Assembly (NCBI GenBank): GCA_965216675.1 | Contig: CBDCGK010000004.1 | Coordinates: forward strand, 455,692 to 519,691 | Source: Acidimicrobiales bacterium | GTDB taxonomy: Bacteria; Actinomycetota; Acidimicrobiia; Acidimicrobiales; SZUA-35 | Length of the DNA stretch: 64,000 nucleotides | Reading direction: 5' to 3' | Shown here: positions 42,074 through 50,560 of the stretch, piece by piece | How positions within the stretch are numbered: the stretch's first letter is position 1 | How the letters are laid out: each line of letters starts with the position of its first letter | Notes under the pieces: generated by a model | What the model saw: the letters and a program-made list of their open reading frames with translations, nothing else | What the model was told of the DNA's origin: nothing | Database searches by the model: none | Position numbers and translations under genes: made by a program

Positions 42074-44926
42074 CTACAGGTAGCCGTCCATCCGATCGGC
42101 GAGGTACGGCGCACCCAAACCGGTGTAGAGGGAACGGGCGATATCGGCGTAGCGGCCGGCGGCCTCCCGGTCGCCGCGACGAGCCGCCAGTCGGGCCAGA
42201 GGGTCGGCGGCGGCGAGGCCACACGCCCACGGGACACCAAGTACCAGGTGTTCGAACTCGGCGAGGCACGGCTCTACGGCGGCGGCCATTTCGTCGGCGT
42301 CGAGACGCAGGGCGGCCTCGGCGAATCCAACAAGGCCGTTGCCACCGAGAATGTGTTCACCCATCGTCGACAGCACCGAGAGGTCGAGGTCGCCGGCCAA
42401 GGTTTCGGCCTCGTCAACCTCTCCCGTGGCGTGGAGGGCGGTGATCAGCGCGCCGTCGAAAATGGCTGCGCCATCGAAGTCAGCCAGAAGTCTGAGCAGC
42501 GCCGGAGAGTGCGTCCACTCGTCCGCGATGAGGTCGAGGAAGAACTGGCCGAATCCATGAAGGGCAAACGAGGAATCACCCCAAAAGGCATCACCGATGG
42601 CCGCGGCCCGTTCACAGAGGTCCCGAGCAGCGCCAATATCGCCTTCGAAGGCCGAGAACGTCGCACGGTTGGACAGATCCCGCCACTCGGCTATCGGCTG
42701 AGCCCGAATCCTGACGTCGTCGGTGAGCGTGCTTCTACGGAGCTGGTCGCCGCGCCCGTGCATCAACGCCGAGGTTTCCGGCGCCGCGGCGTCGGTGAAG
42801 TAGGCCCTCGACGCGGTTCGTAACCGTTCGAGCTCCACGTCGATCTCGTCCAGGCGATCGGCACCGGCAGGGCACGAGAAGGTTATGTGACGCCATTCGA
42901 GAAGCTCGAAACGCGCGTCGTCGGTCATGCCGACCGCTTCCGCCATCGCGATCGCCTGGTCGACCTGGGCGGCGCGGACAGACAGGGGTTGCCGGAAGAT
43001 GTTGAAAACCGCCGTCTTGGCCATGATCCGAGCCTTGTCGACCGAGTCGTCCTCACCGAGAAGCCGATCGGCCTCGGCCAACAGCTTCAAGGTGCTCGTG
43101 TCGCTGGGCTTGCGGAACGGGCTCCGGTTCCAGTGGGCCAGCGTTGCCGTCAGGAACAGATCCGGCCAGCCGTTGTGTCGGGCGAGATCGATGACCTGGT
43201 CCAGATGGTCGATGGCGAGACCCGGCGTGCCTCTCCGGTTGAGGAGCTCGCCGATCTCCAGCAGAACCTCGGCTCGGACTCGGGTCGGGGGCTCAACGGC
43301 AAGCACCGCTTCGAGAACTCGTACAGCACGATCATACTGATTTGCCCCGGCGGCATCGGTGGCCGCACGACGGCTGAAGGCGATCGCTTCGTCGGCGGAA
43401 ACCAACGGAATCGCGCCGAGTGTGTGAAAGGCGATCTCCATCTCGTCGGCTCCGGCTTCGGTCAACGCGTCGGCACATGCGGCATGAAGTGATGCTCGGC
43501 GTGCCCGTGTCAGGTCGCCGACGATGGCTTCCGGTACGAGTTGGTGGGAGAACCGAAATCGAGACGACGTGGTGGTCTCGTGCAGCAGTTCGGCATCGAT
43601 GGCCAGATCAACCGCGGCGAGTGCGGTCTCCGGCTCCAGGTCGGCGGCGGTGGCGGCGATCGGGAACAGGAACTCGGGCCCCAACAAGGCTCCCACCTGA
43701 ACGATGCGGCGAACGTCGTCGTTCTGGCGGCTGAGACGGCGGGTGACCAGTTCCTTGACCGACCGGGCGGTGTCTTGGCCGAGTTGGAGATCGCGAAGGC
43801 TCTCGGTCAGAAAGAGGCTGTGTCCTCCGGTGGTGGCGAACAACGGCTCGGATTCGGGGTCGGTCGCCCGACCGGTGACGGCTTCGATGAGATCCTTCGC
43901 CGCCGACTCGTCGAGGTTGCCCAGCGCCAGCTTGAGTGACGAAGCCGACCGGCACTCACTCTGTATCCAGCCATACACGTCGTTGGGAAGGTCCTGCCGG
44001 CCCGACCGGTAGGTGGTGAGTGTTGCCACCGACTCGCCGGGTAGCCGCCGATGCAGCCGCGACAGGAACGAACGAGTCGGCTCATCGGACCACTGCAGAT
44101 CATCGACGAGGATGAGAAGCGGACCGCCGGCCGCGATTCGTTCGAACACGGTGAGGAACACATCGATTCCCGCGTAGGCGTCCACCATGACGGGATCGTG
44201 GGGAAGGGCGTCGACGAGCGACGGGATCAGCGATACCAGCTGTGCCTCGACACCACGGCTCCAGCCGGCCAGACTGGCTCGGTTGTTCACGGCCAATTGA
44301 GCGAACGCGTCCCGTACGGCCTGGAGGCTCGAGGTGACGCTGGCCTCACACCTTCCGGCACACACCGTCGCCCCGTTGCCGGCGGCCATCGTCAAGACCT
44401 CGATCGCCAAGCGGGACTTCCCCGAACCGGGAGCACCCCCGATGAAGACCCGACTGTTGGCACCGCGGCCGGAGCGGAGAATCCCGTCGATCTGATCCAA
44501 TTCAGCTTTCCGACCGACGAAGGGGAACTCATCGTCGACGGCGATGTCGATCGCCAGGCTGCGCGCCCTGACCGGGCCCGATTCACCGTCGCCGCCCGGC
44601 TCCGTTTGCTGCGGCGCAATGTCGGTCAGTTCTCCAACGAACTGATAGCCGCGACCGTGGACGTTGCGCACGAATTTCTGGGTACGCCCATCGTCGCCCA
44701 GCGACCGTCGAACCTGTTTGATTCGGGTGGTCAACGCTGACTCCGAGACGAATTGATCGCCCCATACGGCATCGAGAATCGCAGCCTTCGGCACGACGCG
44801 AGCCCTCTCCGCGATCAGCAGAGCAAGCACGTCGAACGCCTGGGGTTCGAGGTGCACCTCTCCGTCCGGCCCCACCAGCCGCCTGGCGGCCACGTCAAGC
44901 GCGAAGCCGTCCCACGTGTAGGTCAT
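42074..44926 (-). CDS. STAND-type regulator: N-terminal OmpR/PhoB winged-helix DNA-binding domain, AAA/NB-ARC-like ATPase, and a long helical-repeat (TPR-like) C-terminus
   Basis: AILDAVWGDQFVSESALTTRIKQVRRSLG...VHGRGYQF (trans_reg_C), Walker A GGAPGSGKS and Walker B LLILVDDLQWSD, followed by ~600 aa of helical repeats. Confidence 0.8.
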   Translation of the reverse strand: MTYTWDGFALDVAARRLVGPDGEVHLEPQAFDVLALLIAERARVVPKAAILDAVWGDQFVSESALTTRIKQVRRSLGDDGRTQKFVRNVHGRGYQFVGELTDIAPQQTEPGGDGESGPVRARSLAIDIAVDDEFPFVGRKAELDQIDGILRSGRGANSRVFIGGAPGSGKSRLAIEVLTMAAGNGATVCAGRCEASVTSSLQAVRDAFAQLAVNNRASLAGWSRGVEAQLVSLIPSLVDALPHDPVMVDAYAGIDVFLTVFERIAAGGPLLILVDDLQWSDEPTRSFLSRLHRRLPGESVATLTTYRSGRQDLPNDVYGWIQSECRSASSLKLALGNLDESAAKDLIEAVTGRATDPESEPLFATTGGHSLFLTESLRDLQLGQDTARSVKELVTRRLSRQNDDVRRIVQVGALLGPEFLFPIAATAADLEPETALAAVDLAIDAELLHETTTSSRFRFSHQLVPEAIVGDLTRARRASLHAACADALTEAGADEMEIAFHTLGAIPLVSADEAIAFSRRAATDAAGANQYDRAVRVLEAVLAVEPPTRVRAEVLLEIGELLNRRGTPGLAIDHLDQVIDLARHNGWPDLFLTATLAHWNRSPFRKPSDTSTLKLLAEADRLLGEDDSVDKARIMAKTAVFNIFRQPLSVRAAQVDQAIAMAEAVGMTDDARFELLEWRHITFSCPAGADRLDEIDVELERLRTASRAYFTDAAAPETSALMHGRGDQLRRSTLTDDVRIRAQPIAEWRDLSNRATFSAFEGDIGAARDLCERAAAIGDAFWGDSSFALHGFGQFFLDLIADEWTHSPALLRLLADFDGAAIFDGALITALHATGEVDEAETLAGDLDLSVLSTMGEHILGGNGLVGFAEAALRLDADEMAAAVEPCLAEFEHLVLGVPWACGLAAADPLARLAARRGDREAAGRYADIARSLYTGLGAPYLADRMDGYL

Positions 44927-45021
44927 CCCAGGAAGTGTAGTGGCAGCGCAAAATCGGTCTCGTGTTGCCGTGGTTCGTGACGGTTACCCGCTGCGGTTCG
45001 GTCGGCGCAGCTCTGGGGCCG

Positions 45022-45044
45022 CGACGAAGCGGGACCGCTCGTCG
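45022..45044 (-). terminator. Hairpin directly after the sqr stop codon (CGACGAGCG-gtcc-CGCTTCGTCG on the minus strand, one bulge)
   Basis: Read directly. There is no U-tract, so an intrinsic terminator is only tentative. Confidence 0.3.
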
Positions 45045-45045
45045 G

Positions 45046-46245
45046 TCAGGCTCGACCCTTGAGCATGAGGTTCCAATACAGGAACGGCAGGCCGTACTTC
45101 TTGAGATACCACATGTCCCGACGGGGCTTGGTGGTGTCGATCACGGGGAACGAGGGCGCGGGCTCGGTCGAGTAGTCGAACTCGGCCAGCAACATCTCGT
45201 GCCGCGACGTCGTGAGCGGGCACGAGGAGTAGCCTTCGTAGCGCTCGGTTGGATCCTTGCTTTCGAGCTGGCGGAGAACGTTGGCCGCCACCACCGGGGC
45301 CTGTTTGCGGATGGCGGCCCCGGTCTTCGAGTTCGGCGTCGAGCCGGCATCGCCCAGCGAGAAGATGTTGGGGTAGCGAACGTGTTGATGCGTGTGCTTG
45401 TCGACGTCGACGTAACCTGTCGGCTGATCGGTCGACAGCGGGCTCGACTTGATCCAGTCCGGTGCCGACTGGTGAGGAACGACGTGCATGACGTCGTAGG
45501 GCAACGTGAAGTTGGCACCGCCCTCGTTCATCGGCATGAACGTCGCCTTGCGGCCGGCGACATCGACCGATTCGAGTTCCGCTTCGGTGTGGAGGTTGAT
45601 GCCGTAGCCGTCGACGACCCTGTCGAGGGCGTCAGCGAACACCTTCACGCCGAAGATGCGAGGCGTCGGCACGACGAGATGCACGTCGATGTCGCCCAAG
45701 ACCCCCTGCTCCTGCCAGTAATCACAGGCCAGGTAGGCGATCTTCTGGGGTGCCCCACCGCACTTGATCGGGCCGGACGGCATGGTGAACACTGCCGTGC
45801 CCGACCGGGTGTTCCTGATGAAGTCCCAGGTCTTGGGAGCGAGATCGTAGGTGTAGTTCGACGAGACGCCATCGCGGCCGAGCGTGTCGGTCACTCCGGG
45901 AATACGGTCCCAGTCGAGCTGGATGCCGGGGCACACGACCAGAACGTCGTAGCCGATGGTCTTGCCGCCGCTGGTGAGCACCACGTTGTTGGCCGGATCG
46001 AACTCCGTGGCCGCGTCGCGAATCCAGGTGGCCTCCCTCGGCATGACCGATGCCTCGGACCGCATACTCGTCTCGCGTTTGGCGCAGCCGCCGCCGACGA
46101 GGGTCCAGAGTGGCTGATAGTAGTGTTTGTCGGACGGCTCGATCACCGCGAAGCTGTCGACCTTGCCGGCAAGGCGGGCAGCGACGGAGATGCCGGCGGT
46201 ACCTCCGCCGACGATGACGACTCGGTAGTGGGATGTGGTGGCCAT
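45046..46245 (-). CDS. sqr: Sulfide:quinone oxidoreductase (type II, SQOR-like)
   Basis: RVVIVGGGTAGISVA (FAD GxGxxG), YYQPLWTLVGGG, GPIKCGGAPQK and YSSCPL (the two redox Cys contexts of type II SQR), plus GDAGSTPNSKTGAA. Confidence 0.85.
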   Translation of the reverse strand: MATTSHYRVVIVGGGTAGISVAARLAGKVDSFAVIEPSDKHYYQPLWTLVGGGCAKRETSMRSEASVMPREATWIRDAATEFDPANNVVLTSGGKTIGYDVLVVCPGIQLDWDRIPGVTDTLGRDGVSSNYTYDLAPKTWDFIRNTRSGTAVFTMPSGPIKCGGAPQKIAYLACDYWQEQGVLGDIDVHLVVPTPRIFGVKVFADALDRVVDGYGINLHTEAELESVDVAGRKATFMPMNEGGANFTLPYDVMHVVPHQSAPDWIKSSPLSTDQPTGYVDVDKHTHQHVRYPNIFSLGDAGSTPNSKTGAAIRKQAPVVAANVLRQLESKDPTERYEGYSSCPLTTSRHEMLLAEFDYSTEPAPSFPVIDTTKPRRDMWYLKKYGLPFLYWNLMLKGRA

Positions 46246-46314
46246 GGGTATGTCCCCTCGGATCGACGGCCGATTGGCTACTCTCCGACGGACGCGTCGC
46301 GTTGCGAAGAGCCA

Positions 46315-46327
46315 CCTACAATGTACG
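46315..46327. promoter_or_regulatory. Near-palindrome CCTACAATGTACG upstream of sqr (candidate GntR/HutC operator)
   Basis: Read directly; 10 of 13 positions are symmetric around a central A. It shares the TGTACG and CGGACA words with the 47170..47234 region. Confidence 0.3.
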
Positions 46328-46344
46328 TTCTTTCGGACAGCCGG

Positions 46345-47115
46345 TCAAGTCTCGGTCGATGTCGCACTGGGACGCAGCTCGGTACGCGATCCGGCCGACC
46401 AGTCGGTCACGAAACGGTACCGATCACCTCGAATCACGGTCGTTCGCCATTCGACGGGCACGCCGTCGCGACAACCTCGCCGTTCGAGAAAGAATGCGGC
46501 GTCGGACTTGGTCAGGCCCAGCAGCTTGCGATCGCCGGCAGTGGGCAGGATCGGCGTCAACCGCTCCCATCCCTGGTTCGGGACCGGCGCACCCAACTTT
46601 GCGAGTTCGTCGTAGAGCGCCGTGTGGCTGAAGTCGACATCGAGCAGCGGCGCGCCCACCGAAGCCGGAAGCCAGGCCCGATCGACGGCCAGGGGCGCGC
46701 CTCCCGCCATCCGCAGCCGCTCGAGGAGCACGAACTCCGAGTCCTCGGGCAGTTCCAGGTGGCTGGCGGCAACCGTGTCAACCACCGTCTCGAGACGCAA
46801 CACCTGGCTCGTCTGCTCGACGCCGGTCGACTCGACCGATTGGAACAGGCTGTACAGGGTGCCGAGCGATTGCTCGAACTCGGACCGGTTGACGACCGTG
46901 CCCCTCCCCCGCTCCCGCTTCAGTACGCCGGTCTTGTTGAGATGGCGCACGGCCTCCCGCACGGTGTGGCGACTCACCTCGTAGGCTTCGGTGAGCTGCA
47001 GATCGGTGGGAAACCCGTTCTCGAACTCGCCCGACTCGAGCCGTCGACGAAGATCAACCTCCAACTGAGCCCAGAGGGGCATCGGTGAACGGCGATCCAG
47101 TGGGTTGATCGACAT
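46345..47115 (-). CDS. GntR-family (HutC subfamily, UTRA domain) transcriptional regulator
   Basis: Start at MSINPLDRRSPMPLWAQL. FPTDLQLTEAYEVSRHTVREAVRHLNKTGVLKRERGRGTVV is the GntR wHTH. The C-terminal region is UTRA-like. Confidence 0.85.
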   Translation of the reverse strand: MSINPLDRRSPMPLWAQLEVDLRRRLESGEFENGFPTDLQLTEAYEVSRHTVREAVRHLNKTGVLKRERGRGTVVNRSEFEQSLGTLYSLFQSVESTGVEQTSQVLRLETVVDTVAASHLELPEDSEFVLLERLRMAGGAPLAVDRAWLPASVGAPLLDVDFSHTALYDELAKLGAPVPNQGWERLTPILPTAGDRKLLGLTKSDAAFFLERRGCRDGVPVEWRTTVIRGDRYRFVTDWSAGSRTELRPSATSTET

Positions 47116-47220
47116 GATCTGCCTTCCGGGACGTGCTGGCCTGCGCGGACCATCAGAGATCCTGTTGTTCGGACTTACAAAGTTAACACAGGATATGTCC
47201 GTTGCGGCACTCCCGCTGAA

Positions 47221-47234
47221 ATTGTACGGACAAT
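47221..47234. promoter_or_regulatory. 5-4-5 inverted repeat ATTGT-acgg-ACAAT in the gntR / rhodanese divergent spacer (candidate GntR operator)
   Basis: Read directly. A second imperfect inverted repeat, CGGACTTA...ATATGTCCG, lies at 47170-47201. Confidence 0.35.
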
Positions 47235-47285
47235 CAGTTCCCGTGGCCGATACCATTGGCCCCGAACCACTGCGAGGAGTGTCCG

Positions 47286-47741
47286 ATGATTCGCAAGCCG
47301 CAAGAACGACCACCGTTCCGATCAGTCAGGAAGGTTCTTCCCCTCGCCGTCGCGCTGACCGTCATGGTGACGGCCTGTTCGTCGGCCGGCGACCAGCGCG
47401 AGGGCGCCGGCGATGCTGCGGCCATCCGCGTGGTCGAGCCGACCGCCGCCGTCGAACTTCTCGACGACGGCACCGACCGGGTCCTCATCGACGTGCGAAC
47501 CCCCGAGGAGTTCGACGAAGCCCACCTCGACGGAGCCATGCTCATCGACTTCTACCGGGATGATTTCGAGGCGGCGATCGATGAACTCGACCGCGACCAG
47601 CCGTACGTCATCTACTGCCGCTCCGGCAACCGCAGCGGCCAGGCCCGGGAACTGATGGCCGAGCTGGGCTTCACCGACGTCGCCGACATCGACGGCGGGA
47701 TCGTCGCCTGGGAAGCCGACGGCCTACCGACCGTCAAGTGA
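47286..47741 (+). CDS. Rhodanese-domain lipoprotein
   Basis: Start at MIRKPQ. LPLAVALTVMVTAC is a signal peptide with a lipobox. VLIDVRTPEEFDEAHLDGA and the active-site VIYCRSGNRSGQA. Confidence 0.75.
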   Translation: MIRKPQERPPFRSVRKVLPLAVALTVMVTACSSAGDQREGAGDAAAIRVVEPTAAVELLDDGTDRVLIDVRTPEEFDEAHLDGAMLIDFYRDDFEAAIDELDRDQPYVIYCRSGNRSGQARELMAELGFTDVADIDGGIVAWEADGLPTVK

Positions 47742-48229
47742 CCGACCGTCTCGCCGGCTGGCTCTTCGTGGCCGCACAGGCGGTGCTGCTGGTTGCGTTG
47801 GTGGTGCTCCCCCGTGCCGATCACTGGCCCGTCCCCACCTGGCTGAATGTGATCGGATACGGGCTGATGGCCGTCGGGTTCGCGCTGGTCGTCGTGGCCG
47901 GCCTGCGACTCGGGCCGAGCCTGACACCGACACCGGTGCCGACCGAGCACGGCCGTCTCACCACCACCGGCCTGTATCGGATCAGCCGACATCCGATCTA
48001 CACGGGGGTTCTGGCCATCGTGGCCGGGATCACCGTCCGCTCGGCCAGCTACGCGGTCGCCGCCGTCGGGCTGTTGACTGTGGCGTTCTTCACCGTGAAG
48101 GCGCGCTGGGAGGAGGATCGGTTGCGGGAACGCTACGCCGACTACGACGCCTACGCCGCCGCCACCGGGCGATTCCTGCCCCGCCTTCAGCCTCGGATGC
48201 CCCGGTCGGAGGTCAATCGGCGGCGATGA
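47738..48229 (+). CDS. Isoprenylcysteine carboxyl methyltransferase (ICMT/PEMT)-like membrane methyltransferase
   Basis: Four hydrophobic segments, then TTGLYRISRHPIYTGV...EEDRLRERYADY, typical of the ICMT/NnrU-type family. GTGA overlap with the rhodanese gene. Confidence 0.7.
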   Translation: MTDRLAGWLFVAAQAVLLVALVVLPRADHWPVPTWLNVIGYGLMAVGFALVVVAGLRLGPSLTPTPVPTEHGRLTTTGLYRISRHPIYTGVLAIVAGITVRSASYAVAAVGLLTVAFFTVKARWEEDRLRERYADYDAYAAATGRFLPRLQPRMPRSEVNRRR

Positions 48230-49475
48230 ACCCTTCGGCCGCGAGCCGATCGATCTCGTCGTCGTCGAAGCCGAGTTCGGTGAGCACATTCCGGCTGTCG
48301 GATCCGACCGATGGCACCGGACCGCCGGGGGCGACGTCGACCCCGGCGATCTTGATCGGAACGGCCACCGTCTCGATGGGCACGCCGAGATCACCATCGG
48401 ACACCGTCGGCTCGTCGCCACTGGTGTCGAGCCGGTGGGCCAGCGGCACCATGTAGCCGTTGGCCCGGATCTGCTTGTCCTTCACCACCTCGTCAAGCGG
48501 CTGGACCGGGGCCCAGACTATGTTCTCCTCATCGAGCAGCCGGCCCCATTCGGCCGCCGTCTTCGTCAGCAGCTGCTGGTCGATGATCGGCACCAGTTCG
48601 GCCATGTTCCGGTACCGATCACGGGGGGTGGCGAACCGCTCCTCGTCGAGCACCCACTCCAGGCCCAGCTGGCGGCAGAACGTCGGAAACGTCTCCGGAA
48701 CCGGCATGTTGACCAGCAGCCACACCCCGTCGCCACACCGGTAGGTGTTCACGGCGGCGTTGAGCGCCTCGTGGCGATTCCGGGCCGTCGGACGCCGGCC
48801 GTCGATCAGCGCGGTCGACACATCGCCGGCGATGGCCCACAACGAGTTGGCCAACAGGCTCGTCTCCACCACTTGGAACTCACCGGTGCGTTCGGCCAGC
48901 CTGAGCGCGGCCAGCACACCGGCCAGCAGGGCGAGGCCGCTGGAGTGATCACCGGCCGCCTGGGGAAACCGCGAGGGCTGGCCGGTATCGGGGTCCGAAC
49001 TCATGTCAGCAAACCCGCCCCTGGCGAAGTAGGCGGTCACATCGAAGCCGGGGCGGTCCGCCTCCTCCCCCTTGGTTCCGTAGCCGGTCAGGGTGGCGTG
49101 GACCAGGCTGGGGTTGACCGCCCGCAGGCTGTCGGGGTCGAAACGGTAGCGCTGCTGGCGGCTCGGCAACATGTTGCACACGAACACCTGGGCGGTGGCG
49201 ACGAGGCGATGCATGATCGCCTGGCCCGCCTCGGTCGTGACGTCGACCGCCAACGACCGTTTGCCCCTATTGTCGACCGCGAATGCGGCGTCGAAGTCGA
49301 TCTTCCGGCCGTCGAGTTTCGGCTGGCGCATCAGCCCGCGATAGGTGTCGCCGGTCGGCGGCTCGATCTTGATCACGTCGGCGCCGAGGTCGGCCATGAT
49401 GGCGCCCGCGCTGGGCGCGGCGACGAAGCTCGCCATCTCCACCACCCGCACGCCGTCAAGTGGCTTGACCGTCAT
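48213..49475 (-). CDS. Family III CoA-transferase (CaiB/BaiF family)
   Basis: LDGVRVVEMASFVAAPSAGAIMADLGADVIKIEPP..GD is the characteristic N-terminus, with the catalytic Asp region GDHSSGLALL. Confidence 0.85.
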   Translation of the reverse strand: MTVKPLDGVRVVEMASFVAAPSAGAIMADLGADVIKIEPPTGDTYRGLMRQPKLDGRKIDFDAAFAVDNRGKRSLAVDVTTEAGQAIMHRLVATAQVFVCNMLPSRQQRYRFDPDSLRAVNPSLVHATLTGYGTKGEEADRPGFDVTAYFARGGFADMSSDPDTGQPSRFPQAAGDHSSGLALLAGVLAALRLAERTGEFQVVETSLLANSLWAIAGDVSTALIDGRRPTARNRHEALNAAVNTYRCGDGVWLLVNMPVPETFPTFCRQLGLEWVLDEERFATPRDRYRNMAELVPIIDQQLLTKTAAEWGRLLDEENIVWAPVQPLDEVVKDKQIRANGYMVPLAHRLDTSGDEPTVSDGDLGVPIETVAVPIKIAGVDVAPGGPVPSVGSDSRNVLTELGFDDDEIDRLAAEGFIAAD

Positions 49476-49576
49476 CAGCTCGTTCCCTGTCGGTTCACGG
49501 CTCCGATTATCGCATTCGAACCGGGTCAGGACATTTTCGGAGCCGACGAATCCCCACGACGGCTACCGTTGCATCC

Positions 49577-50560
49577 GTGACCGTCGTCCGAGCCCGCAGC
49601 CTGGTGAAACAGTTCGGTGAACACCGAGCCGTCGACGGTATCGACTTCGACATCGAGCCCGGCGAGACCTTCGCCATGCTCGGGCCCAACGGCGCCGGCA
49701 AGTCGTCGACGATGAAGATGATCTCCACGGTCAGCCCGGTGACCTCCGGCGAACTCCGAGTACTCGGGCGGGATCCGGCCACCGACGGCCGTCGGATACG
49801 GGCCAGGCTTGGCGTGGTTCCCCAGGAGGACATCCTGGACATGGCACTGACGGTGAGGGAGAACATCACCGTCTACGGTCGGTACTTCGGTCTGATGCGT
49901 TCCGAGGCCCGCCACCGGGCCGACGAGCTTCTTGCGTTCGTCCAGCTCGCCGATCGGGCCGATGACCAGGTCCGCCCGCTGTCGGGCGGCATGAAACGGC
50001 GGCTGTCGATCGCCCGGTCGATGGTGAACAACCCCGAGCTGATCCTGCTCGACGAACCGACGACCGGCCTGGACCCGCAGGCCCGCCATCTGCTGTGGGA
50101 ACGGCTCTACCAGCTGAAGCGGCAAGGCGTCACCCTCCTGTTGACGACCCACTACATGGATGAGGCCGAGCAGCTCGCCGACCGGCTCGTCATCATGGAC
50201 CGGGGTCGTATCGTCACCGAGGGCACACCACGGTCGCTGATCGAAACCCACTGCAGCCGCGACGTCATCGAACTCCGCTTCGGCGACCCCGCTCTTGGCC
50301 CGGCCGACGCCGAGGAGCCCGCGAACGGTGGAGAACCCGGCGAGGGTGGCGCCGACGCGGTCCGCGTCGAGGAGGTGGCGGCGCGGCTCGGACTGCGCAG
50401 CGAGCGGCTTCCCGATCGGGTCCTGATCTACGCTGACGACGGCGACGGAGCGCTGGCGGCGTTGGCGGAACAGGATGTCGCTGCGGCGAGCACACTCACT
50501 CGGAGGGCCACCCTGGAGGATGTGTTCCTCACCCTCACCGGGAGGACACTCGTTGAGTAG
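49577..50560 (+). CDS. ABC transporter ATP-binding protein (DrrA/NodI-like, ABC-2 type exporter)
   Basis: GPNGAGKSST (Walker A), LSGGMKRRLSIA (signature) and LILLDEPTTGLD (Walker B). GTG start. Confidence 0.9.
   Translation: MTVVRARSLVKQFGEHRAVDGIDFDIEPGETFAMLGPNGAGKSSTMKMISTVSPVTSGELRVLGRDPATDGRRIRARLGVVPQEDILDMALTVRENITVYGRYFGLMRSEARHRADELLAFVQLADRADDQVRPLSGGMKRRLSIARSMVNNPELILLDEPTTGLDPQARHLLWERLYQLKRQGVTLLLTTHYMDEAEQLADRLVIMDRGRIVTEGTPRSLIETHCSRDVIELRFGDPALGPADAEEPANGGEPGEGGADAVRVEEVAARLGLRSERLPDRVLIYADDGDGALAALAEQDVAAASTLTRRATLEDVFLTLTGRTLVE

Noticed and set aside
42074-44926. The large NTPase-plus-repeat protein as an antiviral STAND (Avs-like) or other defence effector
   Set aside because: The N-terminal domain is an OmpR/PhoB winged-helix DNA-binding domain, not a nuclease, protease or other effector domain. 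No other defence genes, mobile-element genes or compositional anomaly surround it, and its neighbours are sulfur-metabolism genes. A transcriptional regulator is the better reading.
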